A stretch of DNA of 63,932 bases, counting the filler, from Octopus bimaculoides (lineage: Eukaryota), in assembly GCF_001194135.2 (NCBI RefSeq). It is 6 parts of 5 records of this genome, joined end to end, with 100 filler letters (N's around TTAATTAATTAA, not from the genome) between each part and the next. Parts side by side here need not be neighbours in the genome. Positions count along the whole stretch, not along the records: positions 25,222 to 36,608 come from NC_068996.1; positions 36,709 to 46,733 come from NC_068983.1; 4 more parts are not named here. One strand, written 5' to 3'. Positions within the stretch are counted from its first letter, which is position 1, and every line of letters starts with the position of its first letter. A program made the translations under genes and the position numbers. Under the pieces are notes generated by a model. It was not told where the DNA came from, searched no databases, and was given only the letters and a program-made list of their open reading frames with translations. Positions 25,446-37,860 of the stretch are shown piece by piece.

Positions 25446-25862
25446 TGTGTGTGTGTGTGTGTGTGTATGTGCGTGTGTGTACACGCACACACACACACAC
25501 CTTAACGTCTCATTTTCTTCTTGAAGTTATTTCTTTCCCCCAAAATGATGGTATCAGTCTTTCCAGTGCGACCACTGTTTTGTAGACGGTTCATCACACA
25601 CTTAATACAAATGCTCATTGATGCCCTTATCAGACACAGTGTAAGCATCTACGGGAGTTCAGGCACCTCCTCCATAAGGTCCTATCAGAAGTAGCCACCA
25701 TAACACTTTCTATTTTATTCCCAATTACTAACGGTTGTTCCCTCCTGGACCCATTCAAGGTCCTGGAACACTCATCATTTTTACTCCCACTCTACACCTT
25801 CCCACATCATCAAGCTGCGTGCTTATTGCTGCTTGGACCGGTACTGGGTAGAAACTGCAATA

Positions 25863-25996
25863 TACAGGGGTGGGTGGGGTGTTGAAAAGTTCCTGGCTTT
25901 GGGTAAAAGAACATACAGGAGGAACAGTTAATTATGATTTTATGCAATATATTCCCCTCTCAGATTCACAGTCTTTCAGTTTTTCTAACTGTGTAG
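25863..25996. mobile_element. Partial mariner-type MITE (same family as 55695-55907)
   Basis: GGGGTGTTGAAAAGTTCCTGGCTTTGGGTAAAAGA terminus; other end not recovered before the A-run and gap. Confidence 0.75.
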
Positions 25997-26447
25997 AAAA
26001 AAAAAAAAAAAAAAAAAAAAAAAANNNNNNNNNNAAAAAAAAAAAAAAAAGAAAAAAAAAAAGAAACTAAGATCCGAACGCGTCCCTTTGTTAACTCGCG
26101 CACTAGATGATGCACTATGGTTATAGTTATTCTTTCGAAGCTTTTTTCATGTTGCAATTTGTGGTAGTTTTGTTTGCACCAGGCAGCACCAAGCTGGTAT
26201 TTGTATTGGACACGTGGACACATACCTCGACTATCTGTCATACAATGATGCAATGTCCTTGCAAGTACGACAATTACAATAAATCGTTCTGTTTTAAATA
26301 CACTCTTTACTCCCATCTTAGTGTGTTTAGGGTTAATGTCACTTGTCAATAGAGCCAAGTGAGACAGTAGCTAGCAATCTCCAAAATAAATAAACCGTTC
26401 TTGTCAGAGGCCCTGTTATGAGAACAGAGCGTATCTTGAATACGATG

Positions 26448-27057
26448 TACAAGGGAGTGCTGAAAGTTCTTGGCTTTAAGGGTTTCGCGAAAGGCCTGGG
26501 TGGAGGCCCAACATTCCAAATTCTTTTACAGGGCTTAGAAAAACTGAAGGACCGTGTGAAAATCTGAGAGGAGAATAAAATCATAAAGTCATAAAATCAT
26601 AATTAACTGATCCTCTTCACTCTTTTAGTTGTTTCAGTCATTTGACTGCGGCCATGCTGGAGCACCGCCTTTAGTCGAATCAAATCGACCCCAGGACTTA
26701 TTCTTTGGAAGCCTAGTACTTATTTTATCGGTCGCTTTTTGCCGAACCGATAAGTTAGGGGACGTAAACATACCAGCATCGGTTGTCAAGCGGTGTTGGG
26801 GGAGGGGACACACACACACACACACACATACATATATACGACGGGCTTCTTTCAGTTTCCGTCTACCAAATCCACTCACAAGGCTTTGGTCGGCCCGAGG
26901 CTATAGTAGAAGACACTTGCCAAAGGTGCCACACAGTGGGACTGAACCCGGAACCATGTGGTTGGTAAGCAAGCTACTTACCACACAGCCACTCCTGCTC
27001 CCATCCTCCCGAACTTTCTTTTACGCAAAGCTATGAACTTTTCAGCACCCCATCGTA
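26448..27057. mobile_element. Mariner-type MITE interrupted by a family B SINE
   Basis: TIRs TACAAGGGAGTGCTGAAAGTTCTTGGCTT / AGCTATGAACTTTTCAGCACCCCATCGTA; body matches 55695-55907 once 26618-26998 is removed. Confidence 0.8.
26618..26998 (-). mobile_element. SINE family B (CORE-like), full length
   Basis: Minus strand GCAGGAGTGGCTGTGTGGTAAG head, GGCACCTTTGGCAAGTGTCTT (CORE-like), (TG)n middle, GGCGGTGCTCCAGCATGGCCGCAG tail. Confidence 0.92.
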
Positions 27058-27767
27058 TATGCTTACACTGTGTCTGATAATGACACCAAAGAGCATTTGT
27101 ATCAAGTGTGTGATGTACCGTCTACAAAGAGTGGTAGAACTTGAAAGACTGATACTATCATTTTGGGGAGAGAAATAACTTGAAGAAAGAAAAAATGTGG
27201 CATTGAATCTGTAATGGAGCCACTGACACAATTTGAATCAAACATTGGACTCAATGCAGACTTAATTCTCCATCTATCCTGGGTTCTGTACTCAAAAACT
27301 GAAATGAGTTCTACGATACAAGCTGAGTCTTGCAGGGAAGCTACATTTCTTTGACAACCTTTGAGACATTTATTTCTTTGGTGCAATATTTGGTAAAGAT
27401 ACACCAAAACAGTTCACAAATAAAATCGCAACAAAACTGCTGCATCAATTTAGAATATTTCTTTCCTTGAATTCGAAAAGCCAGTATTAACGGACACAAA
27501 TGGAGCATTGAATGTTTCTCAACAAGACATTGATTTACAAGCAATATGTATAATGGCCTACGGTGTAATGAAGAGAATAAATGAACTGAGAACTGGAAAA
27601 TTTAATAAAGATTGTTTGCCAACATAACATGGCAGTCCCGGTCTAGGACGAATGTTGGTGTAATTTCGTCCCAGGAGACATCGTCTCCAGCTGGCTATAC
27701 GACACGATCTGTGTCCTTACATTTTTGAACAAGGGAATCTAGCACCCCCACTCAGCTCAAAACAATA

Positions 27768-27812
27768 TCTGCGTATCGCGATTTCCGGGTTATTTTCCTT
27801 CATCAGCACAGA
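27768..27812 (-). ncRNA. Minimal hammerhead ribozyme motif with palindromic helix III
   Basis: UCUGUG-CUGAUGA-AGG AAAAUAA CCCG-GAAA-UCGCGAU-A-CGCAGA; 6-bp helix I, palindrome AUCGCGAU, AUA triplet; helix II short with an A.G first pair. Confidence 0.6.
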
Positions 27813-28654
27813 ATAATTGTTCGGCTAGGGGTGGCGCTACCAAATTCCCGTTCGAAATATATAGTTTTCACAGTGACAACTAGTCACTGATTTATAAATT
27901 AGAAAATTACTATTTTTAAATCTCACAACGAGTTCGAAAATGTAAGGACATAGATCGTGTCGTATAGCCAGCTTGAGACGATGTCTCTTGGGGCTAAATT
28001 ACAGCAACGTTCATCCTAAACCAGGACTGCCATGTTATGTTGGTAAACAATCTTTACTACAAACTACTGTTGCTGAATATCTCACGTTGTGAGATTTAAA
28101 AATAGCAAGTTTCTAGAAAATTTAAGTTAATATATCAGAATGCATATTAATAAACACAAGATGAGTATATTGCGGAAATTCCTGCTCCGACCAGACTGAG
28201 AAAATTACCAGCAACTATAGTTTGTATGTCTACACAGAAAGCAACCCAGAGAACAACAGATCTACATTCACAGAGTTAGATGGAGTTTCTCTGAATATAT
28301 ATTATACGTTTCTGGATATACTTGTCCAAGAAATTATGAAGAGATTGAAGAGACGATGGCTAATTCTACAAAAATCTGAAGTCGCTCTATTGCATAATTG
28401 TGCTAGTAAACTAGAAGGCAGATGGAGACTTGAAAACAAATAATAAAGTTTAAGATTAAAATTTTCCTGCAAATTCTGTGGCTTTGAAGAAAAGGATGAC
28501 AAACTTTCGAGAAAATTGATGGTATTTTGCTTGTCATAATCACTGCTCCACGAAAAAAAAAAAAGAAATGGAAAAAACAGAAAAAAGAAAATATCTATTT
28601 ATCTTTCTGTCTGTCTTTCTATCTATCTATCTGTCTATCTGTCTGTCTGTCTTT

Positions 28655-28688
<34 letters not shown>

Positions 28689-28843
28689 NNNNNNNNNNNN
28701 NNNNNNNNNNNNNNNNNNNNNNNNNNNNNNNNNNNNNNNNNNNNNNNNNNNNNNNNNNNNNNNNNNNNNNNNNNNNNNNNNNNNNNNNNNNNNNNNNNNN
28801 NNNNNNNNNNNNNNNNNNNNNNNNNNNNNNNNNNNNNNNNNNN

Positions 28844-28916
<73 letters not shown>

Positions 28917-29589
28917 CTATATATAAACATATATACTATATATAATCCATCACACACACGCACGCGTGTGTACAGCCTGAATAGTACTTATGGTAATTAC
29001 AGATTTCATTTCGAAAATGTTCAGGGAGTGCTCTTTTTTTTCAGCTGAGCCTCTTCCCTTCTGAAAGTCTGCACATCACTGCACATTAGAAATCCAAGCT
29101 TTCAGAATGAGAGAGAGAAAAAAAGGATGAGCACACGAAGCATAATAATGTAATAAACATATGCACACCATAACCGACCTCACTAACAGTCCTAACTGCA
29201 ACGTAAATACTCCTTCAAATATCAACACGAGAAAGCCTTCAGCAGATTCAAGACATCCTGGTTTTCAAATAGTTAAGATAACACAGGAGGTAACGTAACA
29301 TCACAATTAAACTCTTTTTACATCCTATGCAATCCACGCCAAAACACACACACACCCATTCATATTCACACATACAAACACGCACACTCACACACACACT
29401 CTCTCTCTCACACACGTACATACACGTAGGTGCACACACGCACATAATTTTCTTCAAAGCAACTACAATGATTTCACAATGAAGTGCTTCACACGGACCA
29501 CACCACCTCCTCCAACTTTACACTTCCTCCAATACCAACACGGACACACAATTATAACTACCGCTATATAACTGCCACAACTGTTTCTA

Positions 29590-30309
29590 CTACGACTACT
29601 ATTTCCATTACTACTACTACTACTACTACCACCACCATCACCACCACCACCACCATTCCTCCTCTTCCTCCTATTCCTGCTCCTCTTCCTCCTATTCCTG
29701 CACCTCTTCCTCCTATTCCTGCACCTCTTCTTCCTATTCCTGCACCTCTTCCTCCTATTCCTCTACCTCTTCCTCCACCTCTTCCTCCACCTCTACCTCC
29801 ACCTCTACCTCCACCTCTTCCTCCTATTCCTCCTCCTATTCCTCCACCTCTTCCTCCACCTCTTCCTCCACCTCTCCCTCCACCACTTCATCTACCTCTT
29901 CCTCCAATTTCTCCACCTCTTTCTCTACCTCTTCNNNNNNNNNNNNNNNNNNNNNNNNNNNNNNNNNNNNNNNNNNNNNNNNNNNNNNNNNNNNNNNNNN
30001 NNNNNNNNNNNNNNNNNNNNNNNNNNNNNNNNNNNNNNNNNNNNNNNNNNNNNNNNNNNNNNNNNNNNNNNNNNNNNNNNNNNNNNNNNNNNNNNNNNNN
30101 NNNNNNNNNNNNNNNNNNNNNNNNNNNNNNNNNNNNNNNNNNNNNNNNNNNNNNNNNNNNNNNNNNNNNNNNNNNNNNNNNNNNNNNNNNNNNNNNNNNN
30201 NNNNNNNNNNNNNNNNNNNNNNNNNNNNNNNNNNNNNNNNNNNNNNNNNNNNNNNNNNNNNNNNNNNNNNNNNNNNNNNNNNNNNNNNNNNNNNNNNNNN
30301 NNNNNNNNN

Positions 30310-30377
<68 letters not shown>

Positions 30378-30422
30378 CGATACTACTACTACTACTACTA
30401 CTACCGATACTACTACTACCGA

Positions 30423-30482
<60 letters not shown>

Positions 30483-30500
30483 CGATACCACTACTACTAC
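29590..30500. repeat. (CCT)-rich 18-bp-unit minisatellite and (CTA)n array spanning a gap
   Basis: Repeated CCTCTTCCTCCTATTCCTGCA-like units, then (CTA)n. Confidence 0.9.
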
Positions 30501-30891
30501 TTGAACAACAAAACCAGTCGTTCGAAGTGCTGGACCCGCTGTCAAAGCCGTCATAACGCCAATAAACATGGAGAGGCACGACAACATTTGTCACTCGACG
30601 CTTCTCCTCGTTGCCGTTATTGTTGTTTAATGTTTATTGGCGTCTCCAAGCATTTTACTCTTGTAGCTTGCAATTGTCTCATAATGTTTATTGCTGCTGC
30701 TGCTGCTGCTACTGCTGCTGTTGTAGTTGTTGTTGTCACTGTCATCGTGGTTATTGTTCTTGTTACTGTTGTGTTTGCGCTGATGGTGATGACAATGGTG
30801 GCGGTGGCGGTGGTGGTGGTGGTGCGGGTTATAAATTGTGAGAGAAGTGGTGGTTGTGATGATATAAAAATGGGTTGTTTTTAAAGCATTA

Positions 30892-30935
<44 letters not shown>

Positions 30936-31926
30936 NNNNNNNNNNNNNNNNNNNNNNNNNNNNNNNNNNNNNNNNNNNNNNNNNNNNNNNNNNNNNNNNN
31001 NNNNNNNNNNNNNNNNNNNNNNNNNNNNNNNNNNNNNNNNNNNNNNNNNNNNNNNNNNNNNNNNNNNNNNNNNNNNNNNNNNNNNNNNNNNNNNNNNNNN
31101 NNNNNNNNNNNNNNNNNNNNNAGCAAACAGATGTATTAGTTTAATGCTCGGGAAGTGAGAAAGTTTTTCACGTTTCGAGCCTACGCTCTTCGACAGAAAG
31201 GAACACAGAAATAAACAGGGAGAGAAAATAGAAAAGGTTTAGTGGCTAGCGATCTATCATGGCGAATGCAGGATAGAGGGGACACACAGAAGAGCTAGGA
31301 AGAAGGGGAGATAATAAAGTAGTGGTGATCCCAAAACGAAGGTACGCGTGCGTGTGTATGTGAGAGCGTGTATGTGCGTGTGGAAGGGGGCTGGTGGCAT
31401 TGACGTGTGCGTGTGTGCATGTGTAGGGGTGTGGATGATGGTGTAGGTGCTGGGAAGTGGTTAGTGCTACTATGTGTGGGGTGGTATGATGTGGTGTTGT
31501 GTGATATGGTGGTGTGTGGGTGATGGTGTGTGGTGTGGTGTGGTGGTGCGTGCTGTGGTGGAGAGTGGTGTGGTATTGTGCGGTGTGGTGGTATGTGGTG
31601 TGGTGGTGTGTGGTGTGGTGGTGTTGAGGTGTGGAGACGGCGAGAGTGGGGGAAACAAGGGTGGGGTCTAAAGGATGAGGTGGGGTGAGATGGGATGTAT
31701 AGGGATGGTGGGACTGGAATGTGTAGGGGTGGGGTAACGAGGGAGGGAGTGACGTGCGTGAATGTGTGTGTATATATATGTGTATATATATATATATACA
31801 TGCATAAGTACGTATATACATAATACATATATACACACACGCAGATGTATACACATGCAAACATACACACGTATCAATATATGCATATATATATATATGT
31901 ATTATATAAACATGTACATATACATA

Positions 31927-32756
31927 AAAGGTGCGATGGGCAAATTGTCACCATTTTATATTGTTAATCTCGCGCATGCGCATTGTTTTTGATTTTGTCG
32001 ATTACACAGCATAGTAGGTTGAGTTGGGCACCGTCTGTTAGAAAAACAGCACCATACCGCAAATCACTCTGCCAGAAATTTGGAAACGTCATGCTATATG
32101 GCTTAGAATTCGCGCCGGAAGCTCCAATACGAACATTTCAGAGTGTTTGGATGTCAATCTGAGGACATATACCGAGAGTGATAAAAATCAAACATCCAGT
32201 CAACATCATGGTGCTTGCAGTGATCACCAGTTTTTCCTCCATTCATCTTCCCACACGGCCTCAGACTCAACATAGAGGCCTACATTAAGTGCCTGGAGGA
32301 TGTAGTGCTGTCCTGGGTCAAGAGGGTGTCAATTTGAAGATCCTGTCTGGCAACAGGACTCTGCATTATGCTACACAAGCATGAAAACCCAGTCATGGCT
32401 GTCAGACAGTTTCTGCGACCACATCACCCCTAATATCTGGCCTTGATTATTATGTGTGGGGCGCAGTTGAATAAGAGACCAACAAAATTGCTTGTAACAC
32501 CAAAGACGAACTGAAGGCAAGGATTATGGCAGCATTCACCAACTTAAAGAAAGAGACTGTCCAGAAGAGTTGCAGTAGATTCTGAAGTCGTCTAAAGGCC
32601 ATGACTGAAGCCAATGGCGATTTTATGGAATAAGTTTACTCTTTAGTATTTTAAGATATTTTTATGTAATTTTGGTGAATATATCTGTTAAAATGAGATG
32701 ACAGTCTTATTTTCATTTTTCCGTAATTCAGACGACAATTTATTCACCGCACCCTG
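31927..32756 (+). mobile_element. Internally deleted DD37D (maT)-type Tc1/mariner transposon
   Basis: TIRs AAAGGTGCGATGGGCAAATTGTC / GACAATTTATTCACCGCACCCTG; peptides KHPVNIMV, PPFIFPHGLRLN..YIKCL, WQQDSA, DYYVWG, LKARIMAAF. Family assignment from motif character, because a deletion prevents counting the spacing. Confidence 0.75.
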
Positions 32757-32901
32757 TGTGTGTGTATNNNNNNNNNNNNNNNNNNNNNNNNNNNNNNNNN
32801 NNNNNNNNNNNNNNNNNNNNNNNNNNNNNNNNNNNNNNNNNNNNNNNNNNNNNNNNNNNNNNNNNNNNNNNNNNNNNNNNNNNNNNNNNNNNNNNNNNNN
32901 N

Positions 32902-32948
<47 letters not shown>

Positions 32949-33514
32949 GTAGACTAGACTACTCGTGACCTGTTAGGTCACTGACGGTTCAGGTTATAGA
33001 ACATTGCAGCTGATTTCAACATTGCATTGAAATGAAAGTTAATTCTATGATGATTCAGTTAAATATTCCAATTCATTCGTGTCATCACAGGTCTGGTTTA
33101 CAAGTACATATTAAAGGTTTTATTGATTATTTACAGCATCTAATAGAAACAGAACTTCCGGGATAAACTTGAACTCCAGTAACAGCATTTATTTATGGCA
33201 TATGTGCTCACTTCTACAAAAATCCAAACGGAATTGTTATATAATATAAACATAAATTCAATGGAAACAATTATATTCTCATTTCAGGGTTATTTTCCCA
33301 TTATGCGCAGTTTTGGTTTATTTATGAAGGTACCCCGCTAGAAAACGGCGTATCTCGGGAATCCGTGGTCCGATTCACGCGAAACTAGATTTATTCCGTT
33401 TGTATCCACATTTCAGGGGTCTTAGAGTATTTTTGCCATTACAGATAAGCACGGAAGCAAAACATTCACAGAGTTTTAATAGTATATAGGTGTGTGTATG
33501 TATTCATACATACA

Positions 33515-33547
<33 letters not shown>

Positions 33548-34770
33548 GTATANNNNNNNNNNNNNNNNNNNNNNNNNNNNNNNNNNNNNNNNNNNNNNNN
33601 NNNNNNNNNNNNNNNNNNNNNNNNNNNNNNNNNNNNNNNNNNNNNNNNNNNNNNNNNNNNNNNNNNNNNNNNNNNNNNNNNNNNNNNNNNNNNNNNNNNN
33701 NNNNNNNNNNNNNNNNNNNNNNNNNNNNNNNNNNNNNNNNNNNNNNNNNNNNNNNNNNNNNNNNNNNNNNNNNNNNNNNNNNNNNNNNNNNNNNNNNNNN
33801 NNNNNNNNNNNNNNNNNNNNNNNNNNNNNNNNNNNNNNNNNNNNNNNNNNNNNNNNNNNNNNNNNNNNNNNNNNNNNNNNNNNNNNNNNNNNNNNNNNNN
33901 NNNNNNNNNNNNNNNNNNNNNNNNNNNNNNNNNNNNNNNNNNNNNNNNNNNNNNNNNNNNNNNNNNNNNNNNNNNNNNNNNNNNNNNNNNNNNNNNNNNN
34001 NNNNNNNNNNNNNNNNNNNNNNNNNNNNNNNNNNNNNNNNNNNNNNNNNNNNNNNNNNNNNNNNNNNNNNNNNNNNNNNNNNNNNNNNNNNNNNNNNATT
34101 CAAGAACCCGGCTTGGCATAGAAGCCCTAACATCACAACTAGTGATCGGTCTGCCCCACACGCCTTAACTTCTTATATACAGACACTTACCACTGTGTAC
34201 TCTAATTAAGAACTGGTAAATTCTTATACGTGTTACTGACTCTAATCTATACTCTGTAACTCTTACATACACATACATGTATACATGTATTACTCGCACA
34301 CACTCTTTTCTTTACATGGCGGCCTGTCTTATATTGTGTTTTATTATGTCGCATTCACTCACACACAGACATACAGTTTAATGCTACAATAAATCTTACT
34401 GTTATTCATCTCATACGGTTGTGTTCCTATCGTCTTCCTTACTGACATTTACGAATTCTCTATGTTATCGAAGTATAACGTATTTATCATTTTATATTTT
34501 TGTGTTCGACCGTGTGACGCGTTTAAAAAAAGGAGCCCTGTTTTTCCATTCGTCACCATTTCTCCTTTTGGGTTTGCACGGTCGTTCTTACATATATATA
34601 ATATGTNNNNNNNNNNTATATATTAATATTATCTCAGTTTAAAAAAAAATTTGACAATGTAAATATGTTAATAGTTACCATGGGTAGCAAAAATTACACA
34701 AAAAGCCAGGATATCACACCCGTTTTATAGGTAAAGATACCGAGTTGAAGTGATACATTTTGAGTAGATA

Positions 34771-35030
34771 TGAATAATAACAATAAATGGAGCAAAACGC
34801 ATATAAATAAAAGTTCCTTTAATTCCTACACATGTTTCAAAATATATGTGTACTCTACTCCAAAGAAGTAAGAGCTGCTAGAATTCCACATATATTCATC
34901 GATGAATATATGTGGAATTCTCGCAGCTCTTACTTCTTTGGAGTAGAGTACGCATATATTTTGAAACATATGTAGGAATTAAAGGAACTTTTATTTATAT
35001 GCGTTTTGCTCCATTTATTGTTATTATTCA
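34771..35030. repeat. 260-bp near-perfect palindrome with no spacer
   Basis: 130-bp arms centred on TTCATC|GATGAA (34900/34901); 3 mismatches counted by eye. Confidence 0.95.
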
Positions 35031-35294
35031 CATATATATATATATACATATATATATTAGATAGAATGAGATAAGAAAGCCAAAGCTGTGAGGTGTTTTC
35101 AGGACGGCTTTGTTATTTTATTCTATCTAACACACACACGCGAGCGCGCGCGTGCGTATATATATATTTAGGAACAATAGTAGTTTACTGGCGCAGAAGG
35201 TTGTGAATTTTTCCTGTGTCAAATTACGATAAGCTGAATACAGGTTGATTTATACTTCACGGTTTGCAATGGGGGTTCCTGTATATGCGAATAA

Positions 35295-35766
35295 ATATCC
35301 AAAAGTTAGGGAATGGAGTAGATAAAACCCAGGCCACATATGTTTCATAGCTCGCGGAACCTTGGAAATAGTAATTATCCACAGGAGGAGTAGACTGCTA
35401 GCTACTCTTCAGGCAAAGAATTCCTTGATTAGGAGACCCCATGTAAACTCGTTAGAGATTCAATCGAAATGCGTAGAGAAAAACACATTTGTGAAGAAGT
35501 AAAAGTAAAAGAAAGATATATATGGAAGTGTGTAAGTTTGTTATGGAGAAGAAACTCGAACTATGCTTTCGAAACATTTCGATCGAATCGCCTATCAGTT
35601 AAAACGGGATCTCCTAACGACAACGTACACTTCATGTAATCAAGGTGTTCTTTTTCTGAAGAGTAGCTTGCGATCTCCGTCTTTATTTGGATAATTGTTA
35701 CTTCAGAGGTTCTGTTAGCTATGAAACATATGTAGTCTTGGTTTTATCTACTCCATGCCCTTAGTT

Positions 35767-35774
<8 letters not shown>
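35295..35774. mobile_element. Inverted pair of Penelope-type terminal repeats, each with a hammerhead core
   Basis: 35295-35431 is the reverse complement of 35637-35774 (about 75% identical); both carry CTGAAGA-GTAGC...GCTAT-GAAACATATGT. Confidence 0.65.
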
Positions 35775-35828
<54 letters not shown>

Positions 35829-35839
35829 ATATTTATTTG

Positions 35840-35871
<32 letters not shown>

Positions 35872-36449
35872 GATATCCATAAACATAAACGCATGTATAT
35901 ACACGTATATATATGTATATATATACGCAAGTATGTATGTTTGCATATGTATATATACGCGTGTGTGTACGTAGACACAGGCACACATACATAAATACAC
36001 ATACACAGACACATACACTCACATATTTATGTACAGAGAAAGAAAGAATGAATGAAAGGAAGAAAGAAAGAAATTAAGAAAAGAATTACGAAAGAACAAC
36101 CAGCTGTGGCTGTGCAATAGTTGTTGGTTGGTGGCTTGACAAGTGAGGAACAGTTTGTGTTGACGTAAGGTGTGTGTATATTGAGGAATTCTTCTTGAAT
36201 ATTTGCCAACATTGTATGCGTAGACACATACAGACACCACACACACACATACACACACACACACAGATACACTTACTCCATATATACACAAACATCAACA
36301 TTCATACACATCCATACCAATTACCCAATTACATAAGCAGGTATGCACACGTGAATTTGCAAACGTATAGGTGCGTGTGCTGTGTGTGTATGAATGTATA
36401 TATCTGTATGATTATGTATGTATGTATGTATGTATGCATGTATACATTT

Positions 36450-36494
<45 letters not shown>

Positions 36495-36529
36495 TATGTA
36501 TGTAGGTATATAAGTAAAGGCACAGGCTA

Positions 36530-36608
36530 TACATGTATGGTAAGAAGTTCGCTTCCCGACCACAAGGTTCCAGTTCTAGTCCTACTACGTGGCACTTTGG
36601 GCAAATAT
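36530..36608 (+). mobile_element. SINE family B head, cut by a gap
   Basis: GGTAAGAAGTTCGCTTCCC..ACCAC...GTGGCACTTTGGGCAAAT. Confidence 0.65.
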
Positions 36609-36708
36609 NNNNNNNNNNNNNNNNNNNNNNNNNNNNNNNNNNNNNNNNNNNNTTAATTAATTAANNNNNNNNNNNNNNNNNNNNNNNNNNNNNNNNNNNN
36701 NNNNNNNN

Positions 36709-36768
<60 letters not shown>

Positions 36769-37359
36769 TAGTCTGTGTGTGCGCGCGTTTGTGTGTGTTT
36801 AGAAAGTTGAAAAGGAACACGCGATATATATGATATATATGGAAAATAGGTCAGGGTAGAAATGCTAAAATAATTTTACATAAAAACATTACAGTACAGT
36901 TTACAGTCATTGAGACTTTTCAACGGTAAGTATGGTAAATAATTAAAGTTGGGAAATAGTAAAAGAAAAATAATTTAAAAGCCTATATGCAAAGTATTCA
37001 AGTTCAAAAGGCGTGTTCTTCGTTTCTGCCTGTCTCTGTCTCCCTTGTTTACTCTTATGGGTTGAGGTCGTAGTGAATTCTTGGCAGAATGAACTTAATC
37101 CTCCACACACAGAATGAATTCAATCCTCCAAACAAACATCATCATATGAAGCAAGAGACAACCCAAATCTAACAGAAAAATAGCATTCAACCAATACATC
37201 GACATTTGCGCCAATAACAAAAATCCAAGCTTGAGAATTTTCCCCCTCAACAAATTCAGGAAAGATACAACCTGTAGCCAACGATTTAGTAAAGAGACTT
37301 TTTTTATTACAAACTACAGACCCCTTTTGATCGCATATACAACAAACGACAGATACACC

Positions 37360-37860
37360 ACAGCCTTAGAATAACACAAACACAAACGCAAATATTAAAA
37401 TTGATACATTCATGAGATATCCAAGAATTCATTAAGAAACAGTTATAAGAGATACCCAAGAATTCATTAAGAAATTGCTATAATCCAAAACGAGACACTT
37501 TTAGTTCACTTGACCATTTAACTTGCTACTACTATCATATCACCTGCATTCTCTCTTCTCTTTCTCCTTTTTCTTCGTCTTCTTCCACTCCGCCACCTCC
37601 TTCCTTACTTTACTACTATTGCTGCTTAGAATAACACCTACGCAAATATTATAAACAATACATTCAAAAGAGATGTCTCGAGAATTCAATCACTACTACC
37701 ATCCACAGCAAGTCACTTTCAGGACACTTGACCATTTAACATCCTACTACTATCATGGCACTTCCCCATTCTTCTCCTCCACTTCGTCTTCTTCCTCCTC
37801 CTCCACCTCCTCTTTCTCCTTCTTCTTCTTTTTCTTCTTGCCGTGGAAACATTAGAATTC
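37360..37860. repeat. Diverged tandem repeat of about 260 bp x2, with an internal tandem of about 35 bp
   Basis: CTTAGAATAACAC..ACGCAAATATT and CACTTGACCATTTAAC..CTACTACTATCAT each recur once; GAGATAYCCAAGAATTCATTAAGAAA is tandemly doubled in unit 1. Confidence 0.7.

Noticed and set aside
29484-30884. 466-aa Pro/Thr/Tyr-rich extensin-like ORF
   Set aside because: Translation of (CCT)-rich and (CTA)n repeats bridged by Ns; no domain or splice support.
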